From: Acidobacteriota bacterium
GTDB lineage: Bacteria; Acidobacteriota; Terriglobia; Bryobacterales; UBA6623
Assembly: GCA_027592785.1 (NCBI GenBank)
Contig: JAQCLD010000001.1
Coordinates: 36,477-100,476 of the forward strand
Direction of reading: 5' to 3'
DNA length: 64,000 bases
The number at the start of each line of letters is the position of its first letter. The stretch's first letter is position 1. The translations under genes were made by a program, and so were the position numbers. Below are positions 30,326-39,602 of the stretch, one piece after another. Below the pieces are notes generated by a model that was not told where the DNA came from, searched no databases, and saw only the letters and a program-made list of their open reading frames with translations.

Positions 30326-31062
30326 TGGCGGACAAGGGTTCCTACAGCGAGTTTGCGGCCTACTACGACGTGTATTGGGCGGCGGGGTATCTGCGCGATT
30401 TTGAAGAGGGACTGGAGGAGACGATCCTGCCGCTGGTCCCGCCGGGGGCGCGGGTGCTGGACCTGTGCTGCGGCACGGGGCGTCTGGCAGCCTGGCTGAG
30501 CGAACGCGGGTTCGAGGTTACCGGGTTGGATGCCTCTGAGCAGATGTTGGCGGTTGCCCGAGTGAACGCGCCGAATGCGGCGTTTGTGAAGGCCGATGCG
30601 CGGTCGTTCGGCCTGCCGAAGCCAGTGGATCTAGCCTTGTCGACGTTCGACAGCGTCAACCATTTTGCGTCGTTGGATGACTTGGAGGCCGTGTTCGGCT
30701 GCGTTCGCGAGGCGCTGTCCGACGACGGGCTGTTTTGTTTCGATTTTAATACGGAAGAAGGTTTCGAATACGCGGGCGACGAGACGTATGCAGCTATGGG
30801 CGAGGACCATGTGTGCGTTTCGCGGTCGGCTTGGGATAGCGAGGCGGGCGAAGGTGTCTCGCTGCTGACGGTGTTTGAGCGGGAAGGGAATTTGTGGCGC
30901 CGAACCGACGCGGAAGTCCGCGAATACCTCCATGAACAGTGGGATATTGAAGAGCGGCTGGAGAGGGCGGGGTTTGCTGCTCCGCGCGTGTTTGACGCCG
31001 CGGACGACTTCGCCATGCCGCATGGGGACGGGCGGCTCTTTCTGCTGACGAGACCGCGCTAG
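30325..31062 (+). CDS. class I SAM-dependent methyltransferase
   Basis: 245 aa with SAM-binding motif I, VLDLCCGTGRL. The GTG start shares 1 nt with the TAG of the GT2 gene. Confidence 0.85.
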   Translation: MADKGSYSEFAAYYDVYWAAGYLRDFEEGLEETILPLVPPGARVLDLCCGTGRLAAWLSERGFEVTGLDASEQMLAVARVNAPNAAFVKADARSFGLPKPVDLALSTFDSVNHFASLDDLEAVFGCVREALSDDGLFCFDFNTEEGFEYAGDETYAAMGEDHVCVSRSAWDSEAGEGVSLLTVFEREGNLWRRTDAEVREYLHEQWDIEERLERAGFAAPRVFDAADDFAMPHGDGRLFLLTRPR

Positions 31063-31104
31063 TTGCTACACTAGCGCTTCGATTCTGGTACTTGCGAGGA
31101 GCCA

Positions 31105-31902
31105 ATGGCTAGCAATGAGGCAGTCGTGAAACTTGTGAGAGTTCGCCGAGGCGCGTCCGTTCTGTACGGCGTGTTGGAGGGCGATTCGGTTCAGTTGATC
31201 GACGGCGATTTGCTCGGAGAGCGCCAGCTGACCGGCGAATCGGTGGCGCTCGGGGACGTGCAGTTACTGCGGCCTTGCGAGCCGACGAATGTGTTGTGCG
31301 TTGGGCTGAACTACGCCAGCCATCTGCAAGGGCGCGAGGCGCCGACGCACCCAGCGATCTTCTATAAGCCGCTGTCGGCGTTGCAGGATCCGGAAGGTCC
31401 GATCGAGATTCCGCTGGACTCCAAGGACCTGCACTTTGAAGCGGAATTGGTGATCGTGATCGGGCGCAAGGCGCGACATGTTTCGAAGGAAGACGCCGAG
31501 GATTACATTCTCGGCTACACCTGCGGCAACGACGTTTCGGAACGCAATTGGCAGAAAGGGTCGATGGGCGATCCGGCGGACCGGCAATGGTGGCGGGCTA
31601 AGGGATCGGATACGTTCGGGCCGTTGGGGCCGTGCATCGCGACCGGCTTGGAATACCGGGATAGCCGAATTCAATGTATTTTGAACGGCGAGGTCGTCCA
31701 GTCGCAGATGTTGAGCGACCTGATCTTCGATGCTCCGACCATGGTGAGTTTCGCCAGCCGCTACGTTACCTTGCTGCCGGGCGATGTGATCTTCACGGGG
31801 ACGCCGGGAAAGACGAAGGCGATGAAGCCCGGAGACGTCGTCGAAGTACAAATTGAAGGGATTGGGACGCTGCGCAATCACGTTATCGTCACGCCCGAGT
31901 AG
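31105..31902 (+). CDS. fumarylacetoacetate hydrolase (FAH) family protein
   Basis: 265 aa. The pattern VGLNYASH...FEAELVIVIG...GYTCGNDVSER...FTGTPGK is typical of FAH-fold hydratases, isomerases and decarboxylases. Confidence 0.85.
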   Translation: MASNEAVVKLVRVRRGASVLYGVLEGDSVQLIDGDLLGERQLTGESVALGDVQLLRPCEPTNVLCVGLNYASHLQGREAPTHPAIFYKPLSALQDPEGPIEIPLDSKDLHFEAELVIVIGRKARHVSKEDAEDYILGYTCGNDVSERNWQKGSMGDPADRQWWRAKGSDTFGPLGPCIATGLEYRDSRIQCILNGEVVQSQMLSDLIFDAPTMVSFASRYVTLLPGDVIFTGTPGKTKAMKPGDVVEVQIEGIGTLRNHVIVTPE

Positions 31903-31947
31903 AGTGGGACGTGTAGCATAAGTCGTTGCCTACTTGAGAGGTCAGCT

Positions 31948-32817
31948 TTGCATCCGATTGAATATGAATGTCCGCAAACTTTAGATGACGCCGTCGCGCT
32001 GTTTAGACGGCTCGGCGACAACGCACGCGCACTGGCCGGCGGCACCGATCTGTTGGTGCAGATGAAGACCGGCCGCCGGTTGCAGGGCGTGGTCATCGAC
32101 ATCAAGAAGATCCCTGAGGTGAACACGGTCCAGTGCGACCCAGTCAAGGGGTTGACCTTGGGCGCCGCGGTGGCCTGCTACAAGATTTACGGGGATGACG
32201 CCGTGCGGGCGCACTACCCAGGCCTGGTCGACGCGGTGGAGATTATCGGAGGCACGCCGATCCAGGGGCGGGCCACGGTGGGCGGCAATCTTTGCAACGC
32301 GGCCCCAAGCGCCGACGCGATTCCGGTGCTGATCGCCTATAACGCGGTCTGCCACATCGTGGGGCCGAAAGGCGTACGGCACGTTCCGGTGGAAGAGTTC
32401 TGCACCGCGCCGGGCAAGAATGTACTGGCTGCCGACGAGATATTGGTCGCCTTGCACTTGCCGCCGCCGCCGCCTCATTCGGGAGCGGCGTATCTGCGAT
32501 TCATCCCGCGCAACGAGATGGATATCGCAGTCGTCGGGGTCGGCGCATCAGTGGAAGTGGTCGACGGAAGGTTCCACTCGGTAAGAGTCGCGTTGGCGTC
32601 GGTGGCCCCGACCCCGGTATTAGTCACCGAAGCTGGCGACGCGCTGGAAGGGAAGCCGGCAAACGCGGAGTCCATACAAGTTGCGGCGGATCTAGCGAAA
32701 GCGGCGGCCAAACCGATCAGCGACATGCGTGGGACCGCGGAGTACCGGAGCCACTTGTGCGAGGTGCTGACGCGACGCGTGTTGCAGACGGCTTTGAATC
32801 GAGCGCTCGGCCAATAA
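31948..32817 (+). CDS. xanthine dehydrogenase-family FAD-binding (medium, CoxM-like) subunit
   Basis: 289 aa. Motifs are LAGGTDLLVQMK and GTPIQGRATVGGNLCNAAPSAD. The start codon is TTG. Confidence 0.85.
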   Translation: MHPIEYECPQTLDDAVALFRRLGDNARALAGGTDLLVQMKTGRRLQGVVIDIKKIPEVNTVQCDPVKGLTLGAAVACYKIYGDDAVRAHYPGLVDAVEIIGGTPIQGRATVGGNLCNAAPSADAIPVLIAYNAVCHIVGPKGVRHVPVEEFCTAPGKNVLAADEILVALHLPPPPPHSGAAYLRFIPRNEMDIAVVGVGASVEVVDGRFHSVRVALASVAPTPVLVTEAGDALEGKPANAESIQVAADLAKAAAKPISDMRGTAEYRSHLCEVLTRRVLQTALNRALGQ

Positions 32818-32830
32818 CGAGACGGAAGAC

Positions 32831-33331
32831 ATGGCAAACACTAAGACTCACGTTGTCACCACGATCAATTCGGAGCAGACCGAGTTCCTTTGCGAGCCAC
32901 GCCAGACTTTGCTGGAGGTGTTGCGCGACGTGCTCGACATGACCGGTACGAAGGAAGGCTGCGGCGACGGCAACTGCGGCGCGTGCACGGTGCTGATGGA
33001 CGGCAGGTTGGTGTTGTCGTGCCTGACGTTGGGGGCTGAGGCGGCCGACGCCGAGATCACGACGATCGAAGGCATCGCCGGGGGCCACGATCTGCACCCG
33101 ATCCAGCAATGTTTTCTCGAAGATGCCGCCTTGCAGTGCGGTGTCTGTACGCCGGGCTTCATTGTGGCGACGAAGGACTTGCTGGACAAGAATCCGGACC
33201 CGAGCGAGCACGAGATACGGTTCTGGTTGGCCAATAACCTGTGCCGTTGCACGGGCTACGATAAGATCGTCCGCGCCGTACAGGATTCGGCCAAGAGAAT
33301 ACGCGAACGCGCCGGAGAGGTAACCGCCTGA
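32831..33331 (+). CDS. (2Fe-2S)-binding small (CoxS-like) subunit
   Basis: 166 aa with both cluster motifs: CGDGNCGACTV and QCGVCTPGF...CRCTGY. Confidence 0.9.
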   Translation: MANTKTHVVTTINSEQTEFLCEPRQTLLEVLRDVLDMTGTKEGCGDGNCGACTVLMDGRLVLSCLTLGAEAADAEITTIEGIAGGHDLHPIQQCFLEDAALQCGVCTPGFIVATKDLLDKNPDPSEHEIRFWLANNLCRCTGYDKIVRAVQDSAKRIRERAGEVTA

Positions 33332-35679
33332 TGAGTACGACGATCGATCCCAAAACTGTTGCGAAGCAGCCGTCGAACGGAAGCAGCGGAGCGGGCGGCC
33401 ACGACAGTCAGCGCAACATGATCTTAGAAGGCCAGAAGTACCGCGTATTGGGTACACGGCCGATCCGCCATGACGGAGCGGATAAGGTGACCGGGCGGGC
33501 GCTCTACGGCGCCGATATTCGCTTGGCGGGAATGGTTTACGGCGCGGTAGTCCGCAGCCCGCATGCCCACGCGCGGATTCTGTCGATTGACACGAGTGAG
33601 GCCGAGAAGGCGCCGGGAGTGCTGGCAGTGTTGACCGCCGCTGATTTCCCCGCGGACGATCCGACACGGCTGGTGAATATGGGCGAGGGGCCGATACCGC
33701 TGGCTTATGCGCGCGGCAACATCCTTGCAGACGACAAGGTGCTGTACAAGGGGCATGCAGTGGCCGCGGTGGCAGCGCTGACTTCGGCAGATGCCGCCGA
33801 GGCGGCGAAGAAGATTCGGGTGGAGTACGAGCCGTTGCCGTCGGTGGCGACGACGCAGGAGGCGATGGCTGAAGGGGCGCCTATCCTGCACGATGATATG
33901 TTCACGCTGGACGACGGGAAGCGGTCCGAGAAGCCGTCAAACGTCACCGAACATTTCCGTTGGGAGATGGGCGATGTCGACGCCGGTTTCGCTCAGGCGG
34001 ACGTGATTGTTGAACGCGAGTTCGACACAGCGACCGTACATCAGGGCTATATCGAACCGCAGAACGCAACGGCGCTTTGGAACAACGACGGACGTTTGCA
34101 GATCTGGACCTCGACACAGGGCTCGTTCAATGTGCGACAGGCCACGGCGACCCTGTTGGGCATACCGGTGTCGCACATCAAAGTGACGCCGATGGAGATT
34201 GGCGGCGGCTTTGGCGGCAAGATTCCGGTTTACCTGGAGCCGGTCACGGCGCTGCTTTCCAAGAAGACGGGCAGGCCGGTACAGGCGGTAATGTCGCGCG
34301 AGGACGTCTTCGAGGCGACTGGGCCGACGCCCGGTTCGCACCTACGGGTGAAGATGGGCGCGACCAAGGACGGCCGCATTGTCGCCGGAGAAGCGTGGAT
34401 GGCGTATGAGGCGGGAGCTTATCCGCCGTCGTTCGTGAAACCAGGAGCGATGTGCGTTTTCTCCTGTTATGACGTCGCGAACTTACGCGTTGACGGTTAT
34501 GACGTGGTGGTCAACAAGCCTGCCACGGCGGCTTATCGGGCGCCGGGCTCTCCCAATGCGGCGTTCGCATCGGAGAGCGTCGTGAACGAACTGGCCGAGA
34601 AGCTCGGCATGGATCCGCTCGATTTCCGGCTCAAGAACGCGGCGAAGGAAGGCGTACGGCGGGTCGATGGGCCGAAGTATCCGCGAGTAGGACTAGTCGA
34701 AGTGCTGGAGGCGATGAAAGCTCACCCTCACTACAGCGCTCCGATTGAGGGAGAGAATATTGGGCGCGGTGTTGCGGTGGGTTTCTGGTTTAACGTGGGG
34801 CTGGAATCGAGCGTCTCGATCAGCGTCAACGGCGACGGCACGGTCAACTTGGTGGAAGGCTCGACCGATATCGGCGGGACCCGGACTTCGATCTCGATGC
34901 AAGCGGCTGAGGTATTAGGCATCGCTGCCGAGGACGTGCACCCGACGATCGCGGATACCGATTCAGTGGGCTTCACTGCGGTCACCGGCGGAAGCCGGGT
35001 GACTTACGCTACGGGCATGGCGGCGCATGACGCGGCGCAAGACATTGTGCGGCAAATGAAGGAACGCGCAGCGTTGCTGTGGGGCGTTGAAGCGGACACG
35101 GTGAGTTTCTCGGACGGTCAATTCAGCAGCGGCAGCGAATCGATGGCCTTCCGGGAACTGGCGAGCCAATTGAGCGATACGGGCGGGCCAGTCGTAGGCC
35201 GCGCGACAGTGAATCCGAAAGGCGTGGGCGGTTCGTTCGCCGGCAACATTGTGGATCTGCGGGTCGACCCGGAAACCGGCAAGACAGACGTGCTGCGCTT
35301 CACGGTCTTTCAGGATGCGGGTAAGGCCATCCACCCAAGCTATGTCGAGGGCCAGATGCAGGGCGGCAGCGCTCAAGGCATTGGTTGGGGTCTGAATGAG
35401 GAGTACTTCATGGACGCGGCCGGCGTCATGCGCAACTCCAGTTTGTTGGACTACCGCATGCCAACCTGTTTGGATTTGCCGATGATTGATACGTGCATCA
35501 TCGAAGTTCCCAACCCGGGCCACCCGTTTGGCGTGCGCGGAGTTGGGGAGGCAAGTATTGCGCCGCCGACGCCGGCTTTGGCTGACGCGATTTATCACGC
35601 GGCGGGAGTTCGGCTGCGGCGGTTGCCCATGAATCCGGTCAGGATCATGGAAGCCCGCTGGGCGCAAAGCTCAAGCTAG
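33331..35679 (+). CDS. molybdopterin-binding large subunit of a xanthine dehydrogenase/aldehyde oxidoreductase-family enzyme
   Basis: 782 aa with the a/b-hammerhead and MoCo-binding domains. The active-site region reads AAYRAPGSP, not the CODH-type loop. The ATG shares 1 nt with the TGA of the small subunit gene. Confidence 0.9.
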   Translation: MSTTIDPKTVAKQPSNGSSGAGGHDSQRNMILEGQKYRVLGTRPIRHDGADKVTGRALYGADIRLAGMVYGAVVRSPHAHARILSIDTSEAEKAPGVLAVLTAADFPADDPTRLVNMGEGPIPLAYARGNILADDKVLYKGHAVAAVAALTSADAAEAAKKIRVEYEPLPSVATTQEAMAEGAPILHDDMFTLDDGKRSEKPSNVTEHFRWEMGDVDAGFAQADVIVEREFDTATVHQGYIEPQNATALWNNDGRLQIWTSTQGSFNVRQATATLLGIPVSHIKVTPMEIGGGFGGKIPVYLEPVTALLSKKTGRPVQAVMSREDVFEATGPTPGSHLRVKMGATKDGRIVAGEAWMAYEAGAYPPSFVKPGAMCVFSCYDVANLRVDGYDVVVNKPATAAYRAPGSPNAAFASESVVNELAEKLGMDPLDFRLKNAAKEGVRRVDGPKYPRVGLVEVLEAMKAHPHYSAPIEGENIGRGVAVGFWFNVGLESSVSISVNGDGTVNLVEGSTDIGGTRTSISMQAAEVLGIAAEDVHPTIADTDSVGFTAVTGGSRVTYATGMAAHDAAQDIVRQMKERAALLWGVEADTVSFSDGQFSSGSESMAFRELASQLSDTGGPVVGRATVNPKGVGGSFAGNIVDLRVDPETGKTDVLRFTVFQDAGKAIHPSYVEGQMQGGSAQGIGWGLNEEYFMDAAGVMRNSSLLDYRMPTCLDLPMIDTCIIEVPNPGHPFGVRGVGEASIAPPTPALADAIYHAAGVRLRRLPMNPVRIMEARWAQSSS

Positions 35680-35747
35680 ATGCCCTGGAACTCGTAGGCG
35701 AGTTGTTCGCCGGTCGTTTGGGTCTGCTCTTCGGTAATGCACTGCAG

Positions 35748-37214
35748 TTACATCGCCACGGCTTGGGCGCCTCGCCGCTCGCGGAACTGTGTCCCGGCGG
35801 TCAGACTCCGGCCCGCTTGCGTCTCAATGACGACATCGAAGTAGGGCTGGGCGTCGATTAGTCCCGGTCGGAGGCCCGAGGAACGGACCGTGACGTTTTC
35901 CACTAGCGGACCGGCAACTGTATCCACGCGCGACGCCCACAGTTCGCGGCGATTCGACCGCAGCACGCCGTCGCGGAGTTCGGTAACCACGCGAGTTCCC
36001 AAGGGCCACAGAAGTCCCGCCAAGAAGACGAGTCCGACAGCGAACATCAGGATCGATGGCCAACCGAGCGTCTGAACCGTGGCCAACCACACGAGCTGGC
36101 ACCACATGCAAAAGAAGGAGGTGGTCAGCAGTTCCCCGGATGCATTCCAGTCGCTGCCGCTCTTGAAAATCACCGCCCCGTCTCGAAAGTCTCCTATGGG
36201 CACCGCGTCGGGCGGATCAGCGCCTAGGCCGCCTTCGATCCGATCCTGCGGGGTGCGCAGGGCTTCGGGCGACGCCTCCTCGATCGGAACTTCGAAAGTT
36301 GCCGAGAAAGCGGAATCCGAAAGGTCTGCCGACGCGCGGAGGGTCCAGGTGATCCTAGCGTCTTCAGAGGCCGACGTTGGAGCGGCGTCAGCCGGGATGC
36401 CAAACTCGACAGGCACTGAACAACCGTTGTAGCGCGCCCCGGGCATGTCTCCGCGAACGACCTTGCGGTAGTGATGCAGGACCTCGCCGATTGAGCGCCG
36501 GGAATCGCCCTTGCTCTGGCGTACGCAGGTCAGATCTAACGAGTAGCCGTTGGAGGGGAAGTGCGTGCTTTGGGTTCGAATGAACCCGGAAAGGCGTTCC
36601 CCGAGGCGGCCAGGACCGATGGGCATCTCGAACTCGCTAACAGAGAAAACGCCCCCCGCCCGGGCAATCTTAGCGGCCCACCAAAGTAGCGCCCCGTCGA
36701 ACAGGAGAAAGGCCACGTTGGCGATGGCCTCGCCGAGAGCGCCAGTCTGTAAGTCTTGCCAGAGGGCGAGCAGGGTGATCGTGAAGACGAACGGGAGTAC
36801 GGTTGCCAAAAAGATTAGCGCCCGGCGAAATGCGGCGACGAAGAGGACAGACAGACACAGGAATAGTCTGGGATACCAGGCTTCCAGCTGCTCAGCAGGA
36901 GCGGCGTAGTACAGGAAGACCAGCGAGCAGGTGACGCCGAGCCAACCGAAAAGGATTTCCCAGGCCGCCATAACCGCTTCCGACGGCGGGCTCTCCAGCG
37001 TTTGGCGATTCTTGAACAGGAGCTGAATCTGACTGCGCCGGATCAAGCGCAGACCGTGGGCCACCAACAAGAGCAGACAGGCCACCAATAGCACGAGGTA
37101 GCGATAGCCGACAGGCAGACTACCCGGCGAGAATGCGAGGTACGCCGCGTAGGCGGCGTAGCCGTACGCAATAATGGTGATCCCCACCGATCGTGGCGAA
37201 GACGGGATTCTCAT
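35748..37214 (-). CDS. hypothetical polytopic membrane protein
   Basis: 488 aa. There are about 6 N-terminal TM helices, a ~170-aa soluble beta-rich segment, 2 further TM helices, and a ~90-aa C-terminal domain. I recognise no family signature. Confidence 0.6.
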   Translation of the reverse strand: MRIPSSPRSVGITIIAYGYAAYAAYLAFSPGSLPVGYRYLVLLVACLLLLVAHGLRLIRRSQIQLLFKNRQTLESPPSEAVMAAWEILFGWLGVTCSLVFLYYAAPAEQLEAWYPRLFLCLSVLFVAAFRRALIFLATVLPFVFTITLLALWQDLQTGALGEAIANVAFLLFDGALLWWAAKIARAGGVFSVSEFEMPIGPGRLGERLSGFIRTQSTHFPSNGYSLDLTCVRQSKGDSRRSIGEVLHHYRKVVRGDMPGARYNGCSVPVEFGIPADAAPTSASEDARITWTLRASADLSDSAFSATFEVPIEEASPEALRTPQDRIEGGLGADPPDAVPIGDFRDGAVIFKSGSDWNASGELLTTSFFCMWCQLVWLATVQTLGWPSILMFAVGLVFLAGLLWPLGTRVVTELRDGVLRSNRRELWASRVDTVAGPLVENVTVRSSGLRPGLIDAQPYFDVVIETQAGRSLTAGTQFRERRGAQAVAM

Positions 37215-37463
37215 GAAGCTTTTAAACAGGCGCCTTAGGGCGGCGCTTCATTAGGTTAGAACTGGACGGCGACGACGAGCCTTGAGACAAACCACTCAGT
37301 CGAGCTGGGCATTCGCCTCACAGCTCGGTCCGGTCGCCTGCCGCGCTCCATGTCTCCGGCTCCGCTAATCGTCCTAGGGCGTTTGTGGATTTGCCCTAGT
37401 ACTCAATGCAAGAGTCGTGCGGGCGGAGGTCGCGACAGCCACATGTTGATTTGAGCAGGCTAG

Positions 37464-38688
37464 TTGTCGCCACCAATGCTGTTGATTCGCGGCGCCCGGC
37501 AAGTTGTGACGTTGCGCGGGGCGTGTCCGAGGCGCGGCCCAGGGATGTCCGACCTGGGGGTGATCGCGGATGGAGCGGTGTTGATCGACGGCGAGTTCAT
37601 TGTTGAAGTAGGGCCGTCGAGGCGATTGGAGAATCTGAGGATTGCGCGACGTGCGCGGGTCATCGATGCGACGGGTAAGGTGGTGTTGCCCGGACTGATC
37701 GACTCGCACAGCAGGCCATTCTTTGAACGCACGGCAGACTGGGCGACGTTTCTTGGCGGGGACTCCTGTTTGGGGTTTCAGCGCCAGCGGCCAGCAGCGC
37801 CACGACGATCCCCGCGCTCGCTCTGGGCCGCTGCGCGCCAGTGGACTTACGAAATGGCGTCCTGCGGGACAACAACGGTAGAGATTCGTACCGCAGGCCA
37901 GTACGAAGCTGCCCGGCGAGAACTCCGAGCGGTCGCGTACTTGTCAGGCGATCCGATCGACGCGGTCGGAGCCTTCTCGGGAGGATTGACGCGTACGAGG
38001 GCCTTTTCATGATGTTGCCGATTGGGCGACCCGCAACGACGCTGTCTACGCGTGTGAGTTCCCTTGCGGCCCAGGAGGCTTGCGGGTCGAAGAGACGAAA
38101 CGATTGGCAAGAGAGGCACGCTCTGCCGGCCTGCGGGTCAAGCTGCTGACGGGCAGGGCGGCGCCACGGTCGCTCGGGGCCCTGGCAAACGAAGTTGCGG
38201 CGCTTAGCGTAGATATCGCTGGGAGTGTGGACCCTCAGAATGTAGCGATCTTAGGGCCTTCGGAGCCCATCGCGACCTTGCTGCCCGGCCTGTCATATGG
38301 CCTGCGAGCCGGGTATCCGCCGGGCCGAGAGCTGATCGACCATGACGGCGCAGTTAGCTTGGCAACGGCGTTTGGCCCGGATTCGTGTTCTTCGCTGAGC
38401 CTCCCGATGATGATGACGCTGGCGTGCCGCAAGATGGCGCTAACGGCTGAAGAGGCGATCGCGGCGTGCACGCTCAATGCGGCGGCGGCGATGGGCCGCC
38501 AAGAAACGATCGGCTCCATCGAGCCGGGAAAGCGCGCGGACTTGGCCGTCTTCAGCGTGTCCGACTATCGCCTGATTCCTTACTATTTCGGTTTCAACCT
38601 TTGCGCAATGACGATTCGGCGGGGGAAGATCATTTATCGCGGCGCCACCGCGCCCCGTGCGGCTCCGATTCGATCGAGACAAGCTTAG
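37464..38688 (+). pseudogene. imidazolonepropionase (HutI)-like amidohydrolase gene, frameshifted and with degenerate metal-ligand motifs
   Basis: Two ORFs lie in different frames (37464..38012 and 38080..38688). Together they align by eye with HutI, in this order:
- PGLIDSHSRPFF versus the family's PG(L/F)(I/V)DxHTHLVF
- GTTTVEIRTAGQY versus GTTTvEIKSGYGL
- NDAVYACEF versus DAVDVFCE
- RVKLLTG versus vKlHAdQL
- ALSVDIAG versus alSADHL
- LATAFGPDS versus lATDfNPGS
A third frame around 37985..38035 encodes the intervening ...AYEGLFMMLPIG... piece, which suggests two frameshifts. Confidence 0.6.
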
Positions 38689-38690
38689 AA

Positions 38691-39602
38691 ATGGTTCCCA
38701 TCCTTGAATGCGTGCCGAACTGCTCCGAGGGCCGCGACATGGCCTTTCTAGCGGATATCCGAGATGCTGTGAGTCAGTTTCACGGAGTTGCGCTTTTGGA
38801 CTCGACGGCGGATCCGGATCATCATCGCTCGGTGTTCACGATGGCTGGCGCGCCGGACGTAGTTTCCGAGGCCCTGTTCGAGATCGCCAAACTGGCGGTA
38901 GAGCGAATCGACCTCCGATCGCATGAGGGCAAGCATCCGCGCATGGGAGCGCTTGACGTGGCGCCTTTTGTGCCGATCCATGATATGAGTGACCAGCAAG
39001 CCATCCAAGCAGCGCGGCAATTTGCGCTGCGGCTTTGGGCAGAGCTTCGGGTCCCGTCGTATTTCTACGGCCTAGCCGCAACGACGCCGGCGCGGGAGCG
39101 GTTGGAGCACGTCCGGCGCGGCGGGTTTGAGGAATTGCTTAAGAGCGATCCTTCGCGATCGCCCGATGTCGGAGGCCCCCGGATTCACCCTACGGCAGGC
39201 GCTACGGCAGTGGGCGTTCGCAAGCCGTTGATTGCCTGGAACGTCGAACTGGCGACCGCCGATGTGCAGCCGGCCAAGCGCATCGCTAGGATGATTCGCG
39301 AGTCGTCGGGCGGGTTGCCCGCGGTCAAGGCGCTTGGGCTGGCATTGCCGACTCGGCGGGCAACGCAGGTCTCGATGAATCTGGTCGACTATGAAATAAC
39401 TGGGCCGCAGGCTGTCTTTGATCGCATCAGCGAACTAGCAGCGGCCCAGGGCGTAGCGGTGGTCGACTCGGAGCTCATCGGCCTCATCCCACGCGGAGCC
39501 CTCGGCCAAGATGGCGGCGAGGGCCTCAGAATCCGCGACTTTAGTCCTTTGATGATTCTCGAGAATCGGATCGAGGAAGAACTCGGCGTTGTGTTGGACT
39601 AG
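38691..39602 (+). CDS. glutamate formimidoyltransferase (FTCD N-terminal type)
   Basis: 303 aa: MVPILECVPNCSEGRD..., carrying the ECVPNxSEGR signature. Other motifs are HRSVFT, GKHPRMGALDVAPFVP, IRESSGGLP and QVSMNLVD. The track ORF from 38466 is over-extended. Confidence 0.85.
   Translation: MVPILECVPNCSEGRDMAFLADIRDAVSQFHGVALLDSTADPDHHRSVFTMAGAPDVVSEALFEIAKLAVERIDLRSHEGKHPRMGALDVAPFVPIHDMSDQQAIQAARQFALRLWAELRVPSYFYGLAATTPARERLEHVRRGGFEELLKSDPSRSPDVGGPRIHPTAGATAVGVRKPLIAWNVELATADVQPAKRIARMIRESSGGLPAVKALGLALPTRRATQVSMNLVDYEITGPQAVFDRISELAAAQGVAVVDSELIGLIPRGALGQDGGEGLRIRDFSPLMILENRIEEELGVVLD

Noticed and set aside
31948-35679. Aerobic carbon monoxide dehydrogenase (coxMSL).
   Set aside because: The gene order fits, but the large subunit lacks the CODH active-site loop and has the generic AYRAPG-type sequence. 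No coxDEF-type accessory genes are nearby.
37373-37398. Hairpin or palindrome CTAGGGC-N12-GCCCTAG upstream of the hutI-like gene, as a possible operator.
   Set aside because: It is a single 7-bp inverted repeat with a long loop, next to a probable pseudogene. No regulator gene is nearby, and I have no basis to assign function.
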